Below are positions 12,540 through 22,949 of a DNA stretch of 64,000 nucleotides, piece after piece. The position numbers and the translations under genes were made by a program. Position 1 is the stretch's first letter. Each line of letters starts with the position of its first letter. The stretch covers positions 82,522,001 to 82,586,000 of the forward strand of contig OZ287748.1 in NCBI GenBank assembly GCA_965649765.1, read 5' to 3'. Source of the DNA: Bispira polyomma. Lineage: Eukaryota. Below the pieces are notes generated by a model. The model worked only from the letters and a program-made list of their open reading frames with translations, was not told where the DNA came from and made no database searches.

Positions 12540-13133
12540 GGGTTGTTCCACTATCAAGACTATAATCAGATTATATGATCTGTCCTAATCCTTGGGATTT
12601 CCCCACGATTTTTGATAAAAAGAGAGGAAAACTTGCATGTAAAGATTGAAAAGATAAATCTGGAGGGCCCAAAAGATACTGGAGGGCCCAAAAGATGAGT
12701 CTTTGGAAGGGAAAGATAAGTCCTTGGAAGGAAAAGATGAGTCTTAACTGAAAAAATAGGTTTATAGGTCTTAAACCCACCACAATCTCAAAAGTCTGCC
12801 AGCCTTGCAGTTTGAGGTGAAATTTTTAATTTTTGTCAGTTTTTAGAAGAGATAAGTCATTGGAAGGAAAAGATTAGTCTTTTGATCAAAAGATAAGTCA
12901 TTACAAGGAAAAGATAACTCTGGAGGGGCCTCGATTGATCGGCCGATTCAGTTATTCACAGAGGTTATCTAACATGTTTGAAAACCTCTTTGAGTGTCCC
13001 GAATCGAAAAAATAAGTCTTTTCATTAAGAGATAAGTCGTTAGTTGGGCGAATGGTCCATGATATTGGCCCCCAAACTTATAATTGTTAAGTTCGGAGGG
13101 GGGGGGGGTATGATCGGCATCGTGGAACAGGGC
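12540..13133. mobile_element. Probable MITE with internal 'aaagataagtc' repeats
   Basis: Degenerate inverted ends tgttccac / gtggaaca; about 8 copies of aaagat(a/g)agtc inside. Confidence 0.45.
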
Positions 13134-13739
13134 TATTAAGGTTTGTGTGTATAATCCAACTTCAGTTCATCCCCTTACTCTTTAGACATTAGAAGATTTC
13201 TCTATTTAAGTCATGTATTCCAGCCTTTCCATTTCATAATTATCATGTTCCAGAAGGTATTGATATTAGATTCTCGATATTGAGCAAGTGTTAGTTAAAA
13301 GACTCTTGGTAAAATTGAGGCTACAGAAAACATCAAAGTTGACTTACATTTCCCCTGTACTGCTAACCTTTAATTTGAACATCAGATAATAATACAACTA
13401 CAACATTAGTTAAATTCAATTCTCAACCACAACGGTGCAGTCCATATCTGTTTAAATACCACTGTCAGATAACCTGTCTAAATCCTGTTTGATAATGTTT
13501 TTTGATCCGTCAAAAGTATGGAATGATCAGCACCAGAATCTTTTTTTTTATGAACACTTCACACAACTCACAAAATAGTTGGGGAATGTGTACTAATCTA
13601 ATCAATTCTGATAATGGCACTTAATCTCTGTACCAGTTGATTTTTTAACATGCAACAATGAAAATATTAGTAAACACATAATGATGAGGTCACAAAGAAA
13701 AAAGCTGTATTATATTTGACTGTATTTCATTTCATTTAA

Positions 13740-13900
13740 AGTGCCAGATCTGAGGAATGTTCAAAATAATTTAAAGGAGCAGCATTTGCTGTCAGTGAAT
13801 GGAATAGTCTCCTTCCCAGACTTCGTACGGCCACAAAGATTGCAGGCTTCCGATAAGAAAAAACATCTGAAAACACATCAGTATCAAGTCGTTGTTCTGC
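13740..13900 (+). mobile_element. L2/CR1-type LINE 3' end fragment
   Basis: Translates AFAVSEWNSLLPRLRTATKIAGFR..KHLKTH. Confidence 0.65.
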
Positions 13901-14733
13901 CTTAACATTCATCTGCTGGTTACGACTGAACTCTAATTACGAAACTTTCCTCCTATTGGACTATTATTTTTTGCATATTGACTAGGATGTGCACCTCAGA
14001 AGATGCCTGGCCATCGATTGTGCCACTATCGAATTTTCGAGTTCGGCAAAACTTTACAAACTTTAAAACCTTACTGGAATTATAATTTGAAACCGTCCAG
14101 CCACTACACCAACTTTCTAACCGAAAGGCCCACAGAAGACCACTGATGCTGAATCAGAAAGGTAAACATATTGTATAAGTTTTTACATAGTGTGTCCGTG
14201 GATAATTGAGATTGCAGAATTCAAATCTTTAACATACTAATCTTGATAATAACACTTTTTCCTAATTGATGCTTTCAAAAGTCAATACTCAACTTACTGA
14301 AAAACGTTGCTAATTGAAATAAATTGTCATTCTACAGCCTCCAGGTATGCTGCAGAAAGTTAATAATAACTGTAAGTCATTTATATATCAGATTATTTTA
14401 GCCGAGTATGACAATAAACATTCAAAAAGTTTTAGCATAACAGTAAAAAAGGTAAATAAAATTACTACAGAGATAGCATAGTTTTTATCTATTTTAGCAA
14501 AACCAAATAGTTCGGTTGTTGCTAAGGACGAAAAAAGTTTTCACAAATACAAAACAAATTAAAAAACGGTTTCACAAATTGCATAAATAACATAACAAAT
14601 TGAAAAACAGTTAACCATTTTAGTTATTATGTAAAATTTAACTTCAATTTGTTAATTCTTTTTCAATTTCTTACTTTGAATTTGTGAAACTGTTTTGGCC
14701 CTTCAGGGGCACCATTAAAGACCTTTTTCTTAC

Positions 14734-14747
14734 ACCCATCCAGTTTC
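14734..14747 (-). CDS. Candidate 14-nt microexon
   Basis: tttattttttacag|GAAACTGGATGGGT|gtaaga; phase 1 to 0 (G)NWMG exactly bridges exon 18642-18704 and exon 12281-12366. Confidence 0.5.
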
Positions 14748-15439
14748 CTGTAAAAAATAAACATCTAAATGAATGATTATGTATTATATTATTTTTCATT
14801 GTTATTATTTCCACACAGGTTTTTTTCCTCCTGGTTTTAGTATTATCTGACAACAATAGTAATATACAAAATTGGTGAAATTCAATCCTGCTATTGTGTG
14901 TGTGTGTAGTAAGTTTTTTGTTATATAAAATGTTATAGAAAGGTGTGTTGTTGTGTGGGTCATTCATTCCCCAGTGCACACAACCTCTGTGTGTGTGTTT
15001 TTGGTGGCTATTTGTTGCTATTGTTAAAAAGATAATAAGTAAATACAAACAGGGAGTGTGGTAAATAATCTATATACCACACACAGTGGGAGTGAGTGAG
15101 AGAAGAGCCTTTTTACTTAATAACAAGTGTGTGTCTGTATTCATAACACAACATCTTACCTACTCTAGATTTAATGAGATTGGTGTACACACTTAACTGC
15201 TCCACTCCTAAGACCATTCACAGAGGTTAAAGGTAAAAACCCAAAGGCGCCTTATGTCGGTTGGCCCCTTTTTTTGTTTGGCCCATATGTGACCCACTAA
15301 GTAAAATTAAAGTTTGCAAGAGTTTTGAATTTGGTGATAGAACTTACTTATCCTGCCTCTGCAATAATAGTAATGTACAACTGGCATTGCTCGAGAACTC
15401 AGGTACACTACAGGTGGTAGACCTGTATAGACCTCCCAC

Positions 15440-15650
15440 TGTGACCTATTTTGGTAAAATGCTAGCCTTAGAACACAGAGGGCGTGGGTTCAATCCAAAC
15501 CTAGGTCTCCCTGGTACAAGCAGACACACTGTGACTCAGATGACAACTCAAAAAAGTGATTCTATGTCATTGGCTCCTGTACCCAGTGACAGGTTGAAGA
15601 ACCCTGTGGACGTTGATAAATGGTCCTCATCATGCCTCTTAAGTAAGTGG
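15440..15650 (+). mobile_element. SINE family C
   Basis: B-box-like gtgggttcaatcc, then 'cagtgacaggttgaagaaccctgtggacgttgataaatggtcctc'. Confidence 0.65.
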
Positions 15651-15654
15651 AGTT

Positions 15655-15862
15655 ATTTAAATTTAGTTTTGGTTTTATGTCACATTCAACAGCTTAGGTT
15701 ATATCATGATGGCCAGATTCAATGATGAAAGGAACCAGCGATTCCGCATTGTAAACAACCACCGACCTACAGCCAGTACCTGACATGCAGGATTCAAACC
15801 TAGATTGGTGAGAGACCAGTGATTTTGACGCAGGCACTTCTTACCAATAGGCAGCCACAACC
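15655..15862 (-). mobile_element. SINE family B, diverged
   Basis: Reverse complement resembles 29381-29612 (aaaatcactggtctctcacc...ggtttgaatcc...tgtcaggtactggctgtaggtcggtggttg). Confidence 0.7.
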
Positions 15863-17009
15863 CCTTTCAGTTAGTGGATGACAGTCAATGGTTGACTGTA
15901 TTTGGGCAGTCCAGGAAAATTTAATTAGTGGGTGATATACTCAATAAAGGAAGGTAAATGTACATATCTTCATATAAATTTGAGTGCAATATAATTTAAC
16001 CTTGAAGATGAATAGCTGAAATAAAAACAATAGTGATATTTTGATGGGGCTACAAAGTCACACCAAAACTGGACAAATGTAGCTTGAGTAAGTAGTTTAT
16101 TTTTACCATTTAAAACCAAAAGGCATCATTATCTTAGAAAAAAATATGTAAGATCTTTATGGATTGGTTGGAAGTAATTTTGTCCGTTTAAACTGAGGGG
16201 TCATATTTGCCTGACTATATAGTGACCATATCAAGGTTAGTGTATTTCACCTGGTGCACCTGTGTCTTTTTTAAGAGAGCACTCTTGCTAAAGAAGTGGT
16301 CTAACTTACTGTTGAAACTTTGTAACCAACTATAGCTTATTAATAGCATGATATCAGAACGCTTATAGAAATATATTTATGTTGAGAAAAACACCCTGTC
16401 CCAATTTTAAAATCCCTTATTGAAGACACACACGGCGAACAGAACCGTTCAATTTTTAATAAAATAAGAACGAAATTAAAGGCAAACAATGCATGAGGTG
16501 GAGGAAGGCTCAGTGTAGATTGTCCTAGGTCTATTGAATCTCTATTTCTCAAGTATTTAGACAAGAGTGTGGAGAGGACATGTCCAATTGCCCCAACAGC
16601 TCATCTTCTATTGTTGTTGACACTTTACCTACCAGATTGGGGCTGACTAAAGGTGAAATAAGGTCACACACCACCATCAGACACATGGCTTTTTTTTACT
16701 GATATCCTTATTAAAGAATTATAGAAAGATAAACATATCGTAAATACATAGTGTCTTCCAAAGTCAATTACAAGTACTGTCTAACATGAACAGAGTTTTA
16801 ATAAAGTTAAGACCCATTCAAATTGAACAGATATTTTTGGTTAATGGTTGATATATTTTGAAGTTATGGGAATCACAAGTCACAATATTCCTAGTATGAC
16901 AAAGGATGTGTGGTTTGCACTATGGTAACTTTCATTGTAACATATAGAATAAGCATAAGAATTGTTATAGCTGCAAATTAATGTCAATGTCTCACCTGTG
17001 ATGCTTATG

Positions 17010-17190
17010 TTTGATATATTTAGGTTTAATGTCGCTGTCAACACATTGTATAGGTCATATCCTGACAGGCAGTTTTAATGCTGGAGGAAGCCAGTGTATA
17101 CTATTTGGTCAAAATTTTACACTATAAACCCGCGACCAACGGCAAGTAACTGCCAACTTATAAAGACCCAGCTGAGATTTGAACCGGTAA
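17010..17190 (-). mobile_element. SINE related to families A/B
   Basis: Reverse complement resembles 26700-26905 (ggcagttacttgccg..ggtc...cttcctccagc...gatatgacctatac). Confidence 0.7.
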
Positions 17191-18082
17191 CATACAGGTT
17201 GTTTCTGTTTAATGCAATAGCATTAGATAATATGAGGTATTAGTAGTTGACCTCGGAAGACAATTGCATGTCTAGATCTGGTACAAAAAGCTCCCCCCCC
17301 CCCCCCCCTGGAAAATGTGGTTTTACTTGGAGTTAAACTTTAGACCATTAGATCACAAAACCAATTAACCGCTAGGCTGCCAGATCCCACAATGTTACAT
17401 ATTTAAATGCAAAGTTTGTACTTAATATGTTGACAATTTAATCATGTTAACAAATATTTGGCCCCACTGTATAGTGTTCCCTTTACAGATAAGAAAACCT
17501 AAACAGAATTACGTCTACAAAGTTTATCAGAACGTCTATGTGTACATCATCTTTATTTCAGCTTTTTTTGGACTCTGTTTGTCTGCCAATATTAGAGGTA
17601 CCGCTTACTTTAGCTGTAATAAAATGGTCACAATTTTTGTGAAGCCAGCTAGAACTAATTTTTACTATTGGTTTTTTTAAGTTAAAATATCTATTAAGTT
17701 TTAGTAATTTTACCCATTAACACAGAATTTGTAAAAATCTGCAATGTCACGATCTGCGCTCAAGTTGATCTTTCTTATTTTGAGATGCGCCATGAATTCC
17801 ATCCTGAAAAAGTGTTATTGGCTGTAGAGAGTGAACCAATCATAAGGTGTCTACAATTGCACATTCTTTGAAAGGAAACACTACTGAAGTTATCTTAACA
17901 GGCATAATTTTTAGAAGCAGTTATGGAGGCAATTTTTTTCACAAATTATTACTTGCAGACACTTACATGCTGTAATGTATTGTAGTGGTCTGTTAGCATT
18001 CCAGAGGTTTATGTCGTCATTCTGAGAAAGTTCTTGTATGACAGTCTATTAGAATATATTTGATTATCAGAATACAATGACT

Positions 18083-18648
18083 AACCTAGAATGTCTGCAC
18101 TGTCCATACCTGGCAGTGACGTTAGGACAGTTAAAGTGTCTGCACTACCCATACCTGGCAGTGACGTTAGGACAGTTAAAGTGTCTACACTGCCCATACC
18201 TGGCAGTGACGTTAGGACAGTTAAAGTGCCTGCACTGCCCATACCTGGCAGTGACGTTAGGACAGTTAAAGTGTCTGCACTGCCCATACCTGGCAGTGAC
18301 GTTAGGACAGTTAGAGTGTCTGCACTGCCCATACCTGGCAGTGACGTTAGGACAGTTAGAGTGTCTGCACTGCCCATACCTGGCAGTGACGTTAGGACAG
18401 TTAAAGTGTCTGCACTGCCCATACCTGGCAATGACGTTAGGACAGTTAGAGTGTCTGCACTGTCCATACCTGGCAGTAGCGTTAGGACAGTTAGAGTGTC
18501 TGCACTGTCCATACCTGGCAGTGGCATCAGGACAGTTAAAGTGTCTGCACTGCTCATACCTGGCAGTGACGTTAGGACAGTTAGAGTGTCTGCACTGTCC
18601 ATACCTGGCAGTGGTGTTAAGACAGTCTGCACTGCCCTTACCTGGCAA
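18083..18648. repeat. 42-bp minisatellite, about 13 units, containing a minus-strand CAG|GTATGG motif
   Basis: Unit gtgtctgcactgcccatacctggcagtgacgttaggacagtta(a/g)a; it explains the four overlapping ORFs at 18077-18801. Confidence 0.97.
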
Positions 18649-18704
18649 ATTGGTTAAGTTGATGTCCATATAGGCAATAAAATGCACTACAGTATGGTAG
18701 TCGC
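18642..18704 (-). CDS. Candidate internal exon (63 nt)
   Basis: Acceptor cttgttattttattcag and donor CAG|gtaagg; phase 1 to 1: (G)DYHTVVHFIAYMDINLTNLP(G). A paralogous acceptor is retained at 51665. Confidence 0.6.
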
Positions 18705-19108
18705 CTGAATAAAATAACAAGAGCGGCCTTCGAACGCTATTATTAGGACAGTATGAGAACACACAGTGAGATAGGACCACAGTGAGACAGCATTGAGACA
18801 AGGATAGGACAATGGTGCGAAAGATAGCGATTTTTGGTTGTTACACAACAGTGATGAGACCACTGTGCAATATTAATGTTATTTTTGCACGACATTGTCG
18901 CCTCATGGTCTCTTTCTTGTCTCCCACTTGTCAATTACTGTCATCTACATTAGTTGGTTTGGCGACAATAGATGACAATGACACAACAGCTAAGTGACAG
19001 GTGGCACCTTCAATAGTGGAAAGAAGTCTTATAACAGATTTTACCGAAACATTGCTAATTTAACAGTTGGTAACACTCTCAGGAGAAATAAACCAACTTA
19101 TTATTTAC

Positions 19109-19290
19109 CATCATAAGATAAGTTATTAGTTAGTAATAGATTTAAGGCCATTAATGTCATAGATGTATTATGTGAGTTTTGGACCAATACGTCTGTGGTT
19201 TCAGTGGTTTGTACTAATGGTTCTAAATCAATTATAACCAAGATTAAGGTTAACCAAAATAATAGGATTTTTATCAGCTTATACTCCAAG
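19109..19290 (-). CDS. Candidate exon with a hydrophobic (signal- or TM-like) segment
   Basis: LEYKLIKILLFWLTLILVIIDLEPLVQTTETTD...NNLSYD(G); donor ATG|gtaaat is phase 1 and matches the next exon. The 5' boundary is uncertain, the acceptors are weak and there is no ATG ahead of the hydrophobic stretch. Confidence 0.3.
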
Positions 19291-19479
19291 CTGGCCTAGT
19301 TTAACTAGTATTATAAACATTATTCATAATCTTGTTAGAGAAGTTTTTATGTCTCTGAGCTAGTGCAAAGACTATCTTGCAAGAGTTTGTGGTATTTCTA
19401 AGAATTGCATGAGGCTTAACTTTTCAATAAGGAGGGTACATTCTCCTGTTTTGCGCTAAAGGTTCACTGTCGTGAGCAT

Positions 19480-20640
19480 TGCAATGTGGTATGGTTATAG
19501 ATCTCTTTTATACATCTGAAAGCATTACAATGTGTAAGCAGGGGGGCTTTACACAGTTGTGAAACAGTAACATACACAGGTGGTATGATTAAATACCTCT
19601 GTTATGCCTCTGAAAGCATTGCAAGGTGTAAGTAGAGCTTTACACAGACATGAAACAGTAACATACACAGGTGGTATGGTCAGAGCCTCTGTTATACTCC
19701 TGAAACATTGCAAGGTGTAAGTAGAGCTTTACACAGATGTGAGACAGTAACATACATAGGTGGTATGGTCAGAGTCCTTTGTTATACCTCTGAAAGGATT
19801 GCAATGTGTAAGCAGAGCTTTACATAGACATGAAACAGTAACATACACAGGTGGTATGGTCAGAGCCTCTGTTATACTCCTGAAACATTGCAAGGTGTAA
19901 GTAGAGCTTTACACAGATGTGAGACAGTAACATACACAGGTGGTATGGTCAGAGTCCTTTGTTATACCTCTGAAAGCATTGCAATATGTAAGCAGAGCTT
20001 TACACAGACATGAAACAGTAACATACACAGGTGGTATGGTCAGAGCCTCTGTTATACTCCTGAAACATTGCAAGGTGTAAGTAGAGCTTTACACAGATGT
20101 GAGACAGTAACATACCCAGGTGGTATGGTCAGAGTCCTTTGTTATACCTCTGAAAGCATTGCAATGTGTAAGTAGAGCTTTACATAGACATGAAACAGCA
20201 ATATACACAGATGGTATGATCAGAGCCTCTGTTATACTCTTGAAACATTGTAAGGTGTAAGCAGAGCTTTACGCAGGTGTGAGACAGTAACATACACAGG
20301 TGGTATGGTTAGATACCTCTGTTATATCTATAAAAGCTTTGCACGGTGTAAGTAGAATTGAATTGAATTTGAATATTTAATGTCCACTCTAGTACCTGTT
20401 TAGGTTATATTGGGACGGGTAGTTGGAAATGCTGGAGGAAACACTGCATACAGTTGATTAAGGTTCTGCACTGAAACCAACGGCCCACAGCAAGGAACTA
20501 CCACCTTTCCCATATAGGCATTGACGGGATTCAAACTCACGCCGCCCAGAGGTGAGAGACCAGTGATTGTGAAGCGCAATGCTTGCTAACCACTAGGCCA
20601 GTGTGAGACAGTAACATACACAGGTGGTATGGTTAGAGAC
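19480..20640. repeat. ~90-bp minisatellite with an 89+91 = 180-bp higher-order period
   Basis: Near-identical blocks start at 19681, 19861, 20041 and 20221; a SINE is inserted at 20356-20600. Confidence 0.95.
20356..20600 (-). mobile_element. SINE family A
   Basis: Reverse complement of 950-1199. Confidence 0.9.
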
Positions 20641-20686
20641 CTTATTAAAGTGTCCTCAGTGAGCTCTATATCCTGGTATACCTTAC

Positions 20687-20738
20687 CTAAATCTGGGAGT
20701 ACTCAGTGACTGCCTCACAAGTGTCCTTGAAGCCTGTC
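20687..20738 (-). other. Candidate 52-nt exon (probably 5' UTR; coding status unresolved)
   Basis: Acceptor ctctttatatctcag and donor TAG|gtaagg; both sites and the length are kept in the paralogous copy at 48866-48917. Confidence 0.5.
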
Positions 20739-22949
20739 CTGAGATATAAAGAGTGGCATCCTTACAGTCCTAATAAACATAGAGTTCACTCAACAATACA
20801 GACATATAACACATCAGAGGGATTGAAATGAACTTTACCCCAGTCATTTGGGAAAGGTATTGGCAATATGTATATTTCTGTTACAATATAAATAAGTAAG
20901 GAGACACACAGAAAGTAAAGGGCGGCTTTTCAACCAGAAGTGTAGTTCTCTGTGCGTCTGTTTATTGCATAAAAATATCTCTCTAAACCTGATGTAAATT
21001 GCAAAATGACAATATGGACTTTTTCACGCGTGAACTGGACTCAATCACGACTCTTTTCACCTTTTAACAATGTCTCCTTTCAAATGGTTTAAAGTGTCCT
21101 GTTATTAGGGAAATGGAATGCCAGCCAGTAAAGAGATTCACACAAAATTAGGCTCCTCACATCTGGCATGAGTTTTAGTATGGCCCTTTGTTGTCTTCTT
21201 CAAACTTCTAGGCAGGATATTACTTCTGACAACAAGGAAGGACTGTATGCTATATAAAATTGTACCTTTTATATAATTTTAATGTGCAAAGCAAGTGATA
21301 TCAAATTACACAAACACATATATATATATATACTAAGTCATGAAATATCTTCTGAATAATAAGGTCAGCTTACATGTTGAGGGACGGAACTAAAAGAAGC
21401 ACACACTATTTATGAATACAACATAGAGATTGGGGGTTTCAACTACCCCCCTCCAATACGTCCCATGTAGTGCAAATTATCTCTTTCATTTTAGGGCAAT
21501 ATGAAGAATAACACACACATATGTACCAGAATGTATATATGTCTAATAACAATAATAATGGTGATCAAGGAGGCTGGTTTACAAGCTTATGTGTTCTTGG
21601 TGAAACCTTGTGACATGATGAGACTGGGGGTGTTTTGTTTACACCTTTGAAGGTACTATATATAGTGGTGTTTGTACAATACCCCAACTCTCTTTACTGC
21701 ACACAATGTACAATGTTGTTATAAAGGCAGAGCCAAATTTAATGAGAATTGATTACATATTTCTCTGACCACAGGCTGCCTCTACTGGTGACTCTGATGT
21801 CATTAATCCGATTGTCTGTTATTCCCCTATAAATACCCTCAACCTTTATCTCCACCATCAGTAAACTTACAAGATTAAGGCCAATGAGTGTGGTATTCCT
21901 AATTAATGTTGTTATATCTAAGCCTCCCTCAGCCAGGCTGGTGGCCTGTTTTGGTAGTGCAATACATCACAGAGTGGAGATACTATGACAATGTAGGAGG
22001 TATAAACCGTATGTAAACAAGGAAGGTTCCTGCCCCTCACCCCACACAAAGGGGTATACCTAACTAACACCAGTCTGGCTCTATATACTGTCTGACTTCT
22101 GCATAACACCCTCACCACCCCCAGTCCCAAGTCCCCACCTCCTATCTCCAAAAATCCATGCAAGTCACCATTAAATTTATACTTGTGAGTCCCATCAACT
22201 AAGACCCAGCTTGCTAGCCTTTACAAATCTTTGTTTTGTACATAGTTATTATATTGTATTCACACTTAAACATAATAATATACTTTGGTGAAAATAATTC
22301 GATTTATTATATGTTTGTATTATATCATATATTTACTTACTCTATATTTAATAAAATTTAATTTCTTGCTCCACCAACTTTGATTTTGTCCCAAAATATA
22401 TCTTTTGCCTTTGCAGGTAAAAGAAACATTTTAAGTTCATTGGTGATTTGGAATTCTTGGAAAGGTTAGTAAATAACTAGAATAAAATGTGAAAAAACTC
22501 AAGCCATAGTTTTATCTGATTTTAGTTTTCGCACTTCTTACTTCATTCCAGCTGTGATGTCCCACTCTGTTGTTTGAGTTTGCTGACAAAAAATATTTAA
22601 AACCTTCCCTTATGTACATAGCCAAATTGCGATGCATATCAATAATTACAATGAACACTTTACCTTACACAATCTTTCTGACAAAGCAACATTTAGTTAA
22701 AAACTGGCTGTGTGGTTTGTGCATATGAGATCAATAGAGTCATTTTCAAAAGGAAATGAGATTACAAGCCAAAAGGTGTTACATTTGAGCTCACAATTGG
22801 ACCATGATAACACTGATATATGTATATCTGCTGGATCGGCTAGTAGTAAAATACTAACCGTCCTTAATTATATATCTGCAGTAACTAAGTGGGTGACTTT
22901 AAGTTGTATTACCTAGTTCAGTTAAAAACGTATTTGACACTATTATAGT

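Larger units (their letters stand above)
18640..22590 (-). repeat. Left arm of an inverted segmental duplication
   Basis: Reverse complement of about 46680-51720, e.g. 21721-21810 vs 47778-47886, 22568-22583 vs 46691-46706, 19210-19265 vs 49850-49908. Confidence 0.9.

Noticed and set aside
15261-15725. 154-aa ORF
   Set aside because: It runs through two SINE relics and has no domain signature.
18077-18801. Four long overlapping ORFs (183-218 aa), one with CxxC repeats resembling zinc fingers
   Set aside because: They are by-products of a 42-bp stop-free repeat open in several frames on both strands; there is no C2H2 His spacing. Only the cassette hypothesis is kept as a finding.
21918-22163. 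81-aa ORF shared with 47376-47669 as a conserved protein
   Set aside because: Differences between the arms are mostly non-synonymous and the N-termini are in different frames; the similarity is explained by the DNA duplication.
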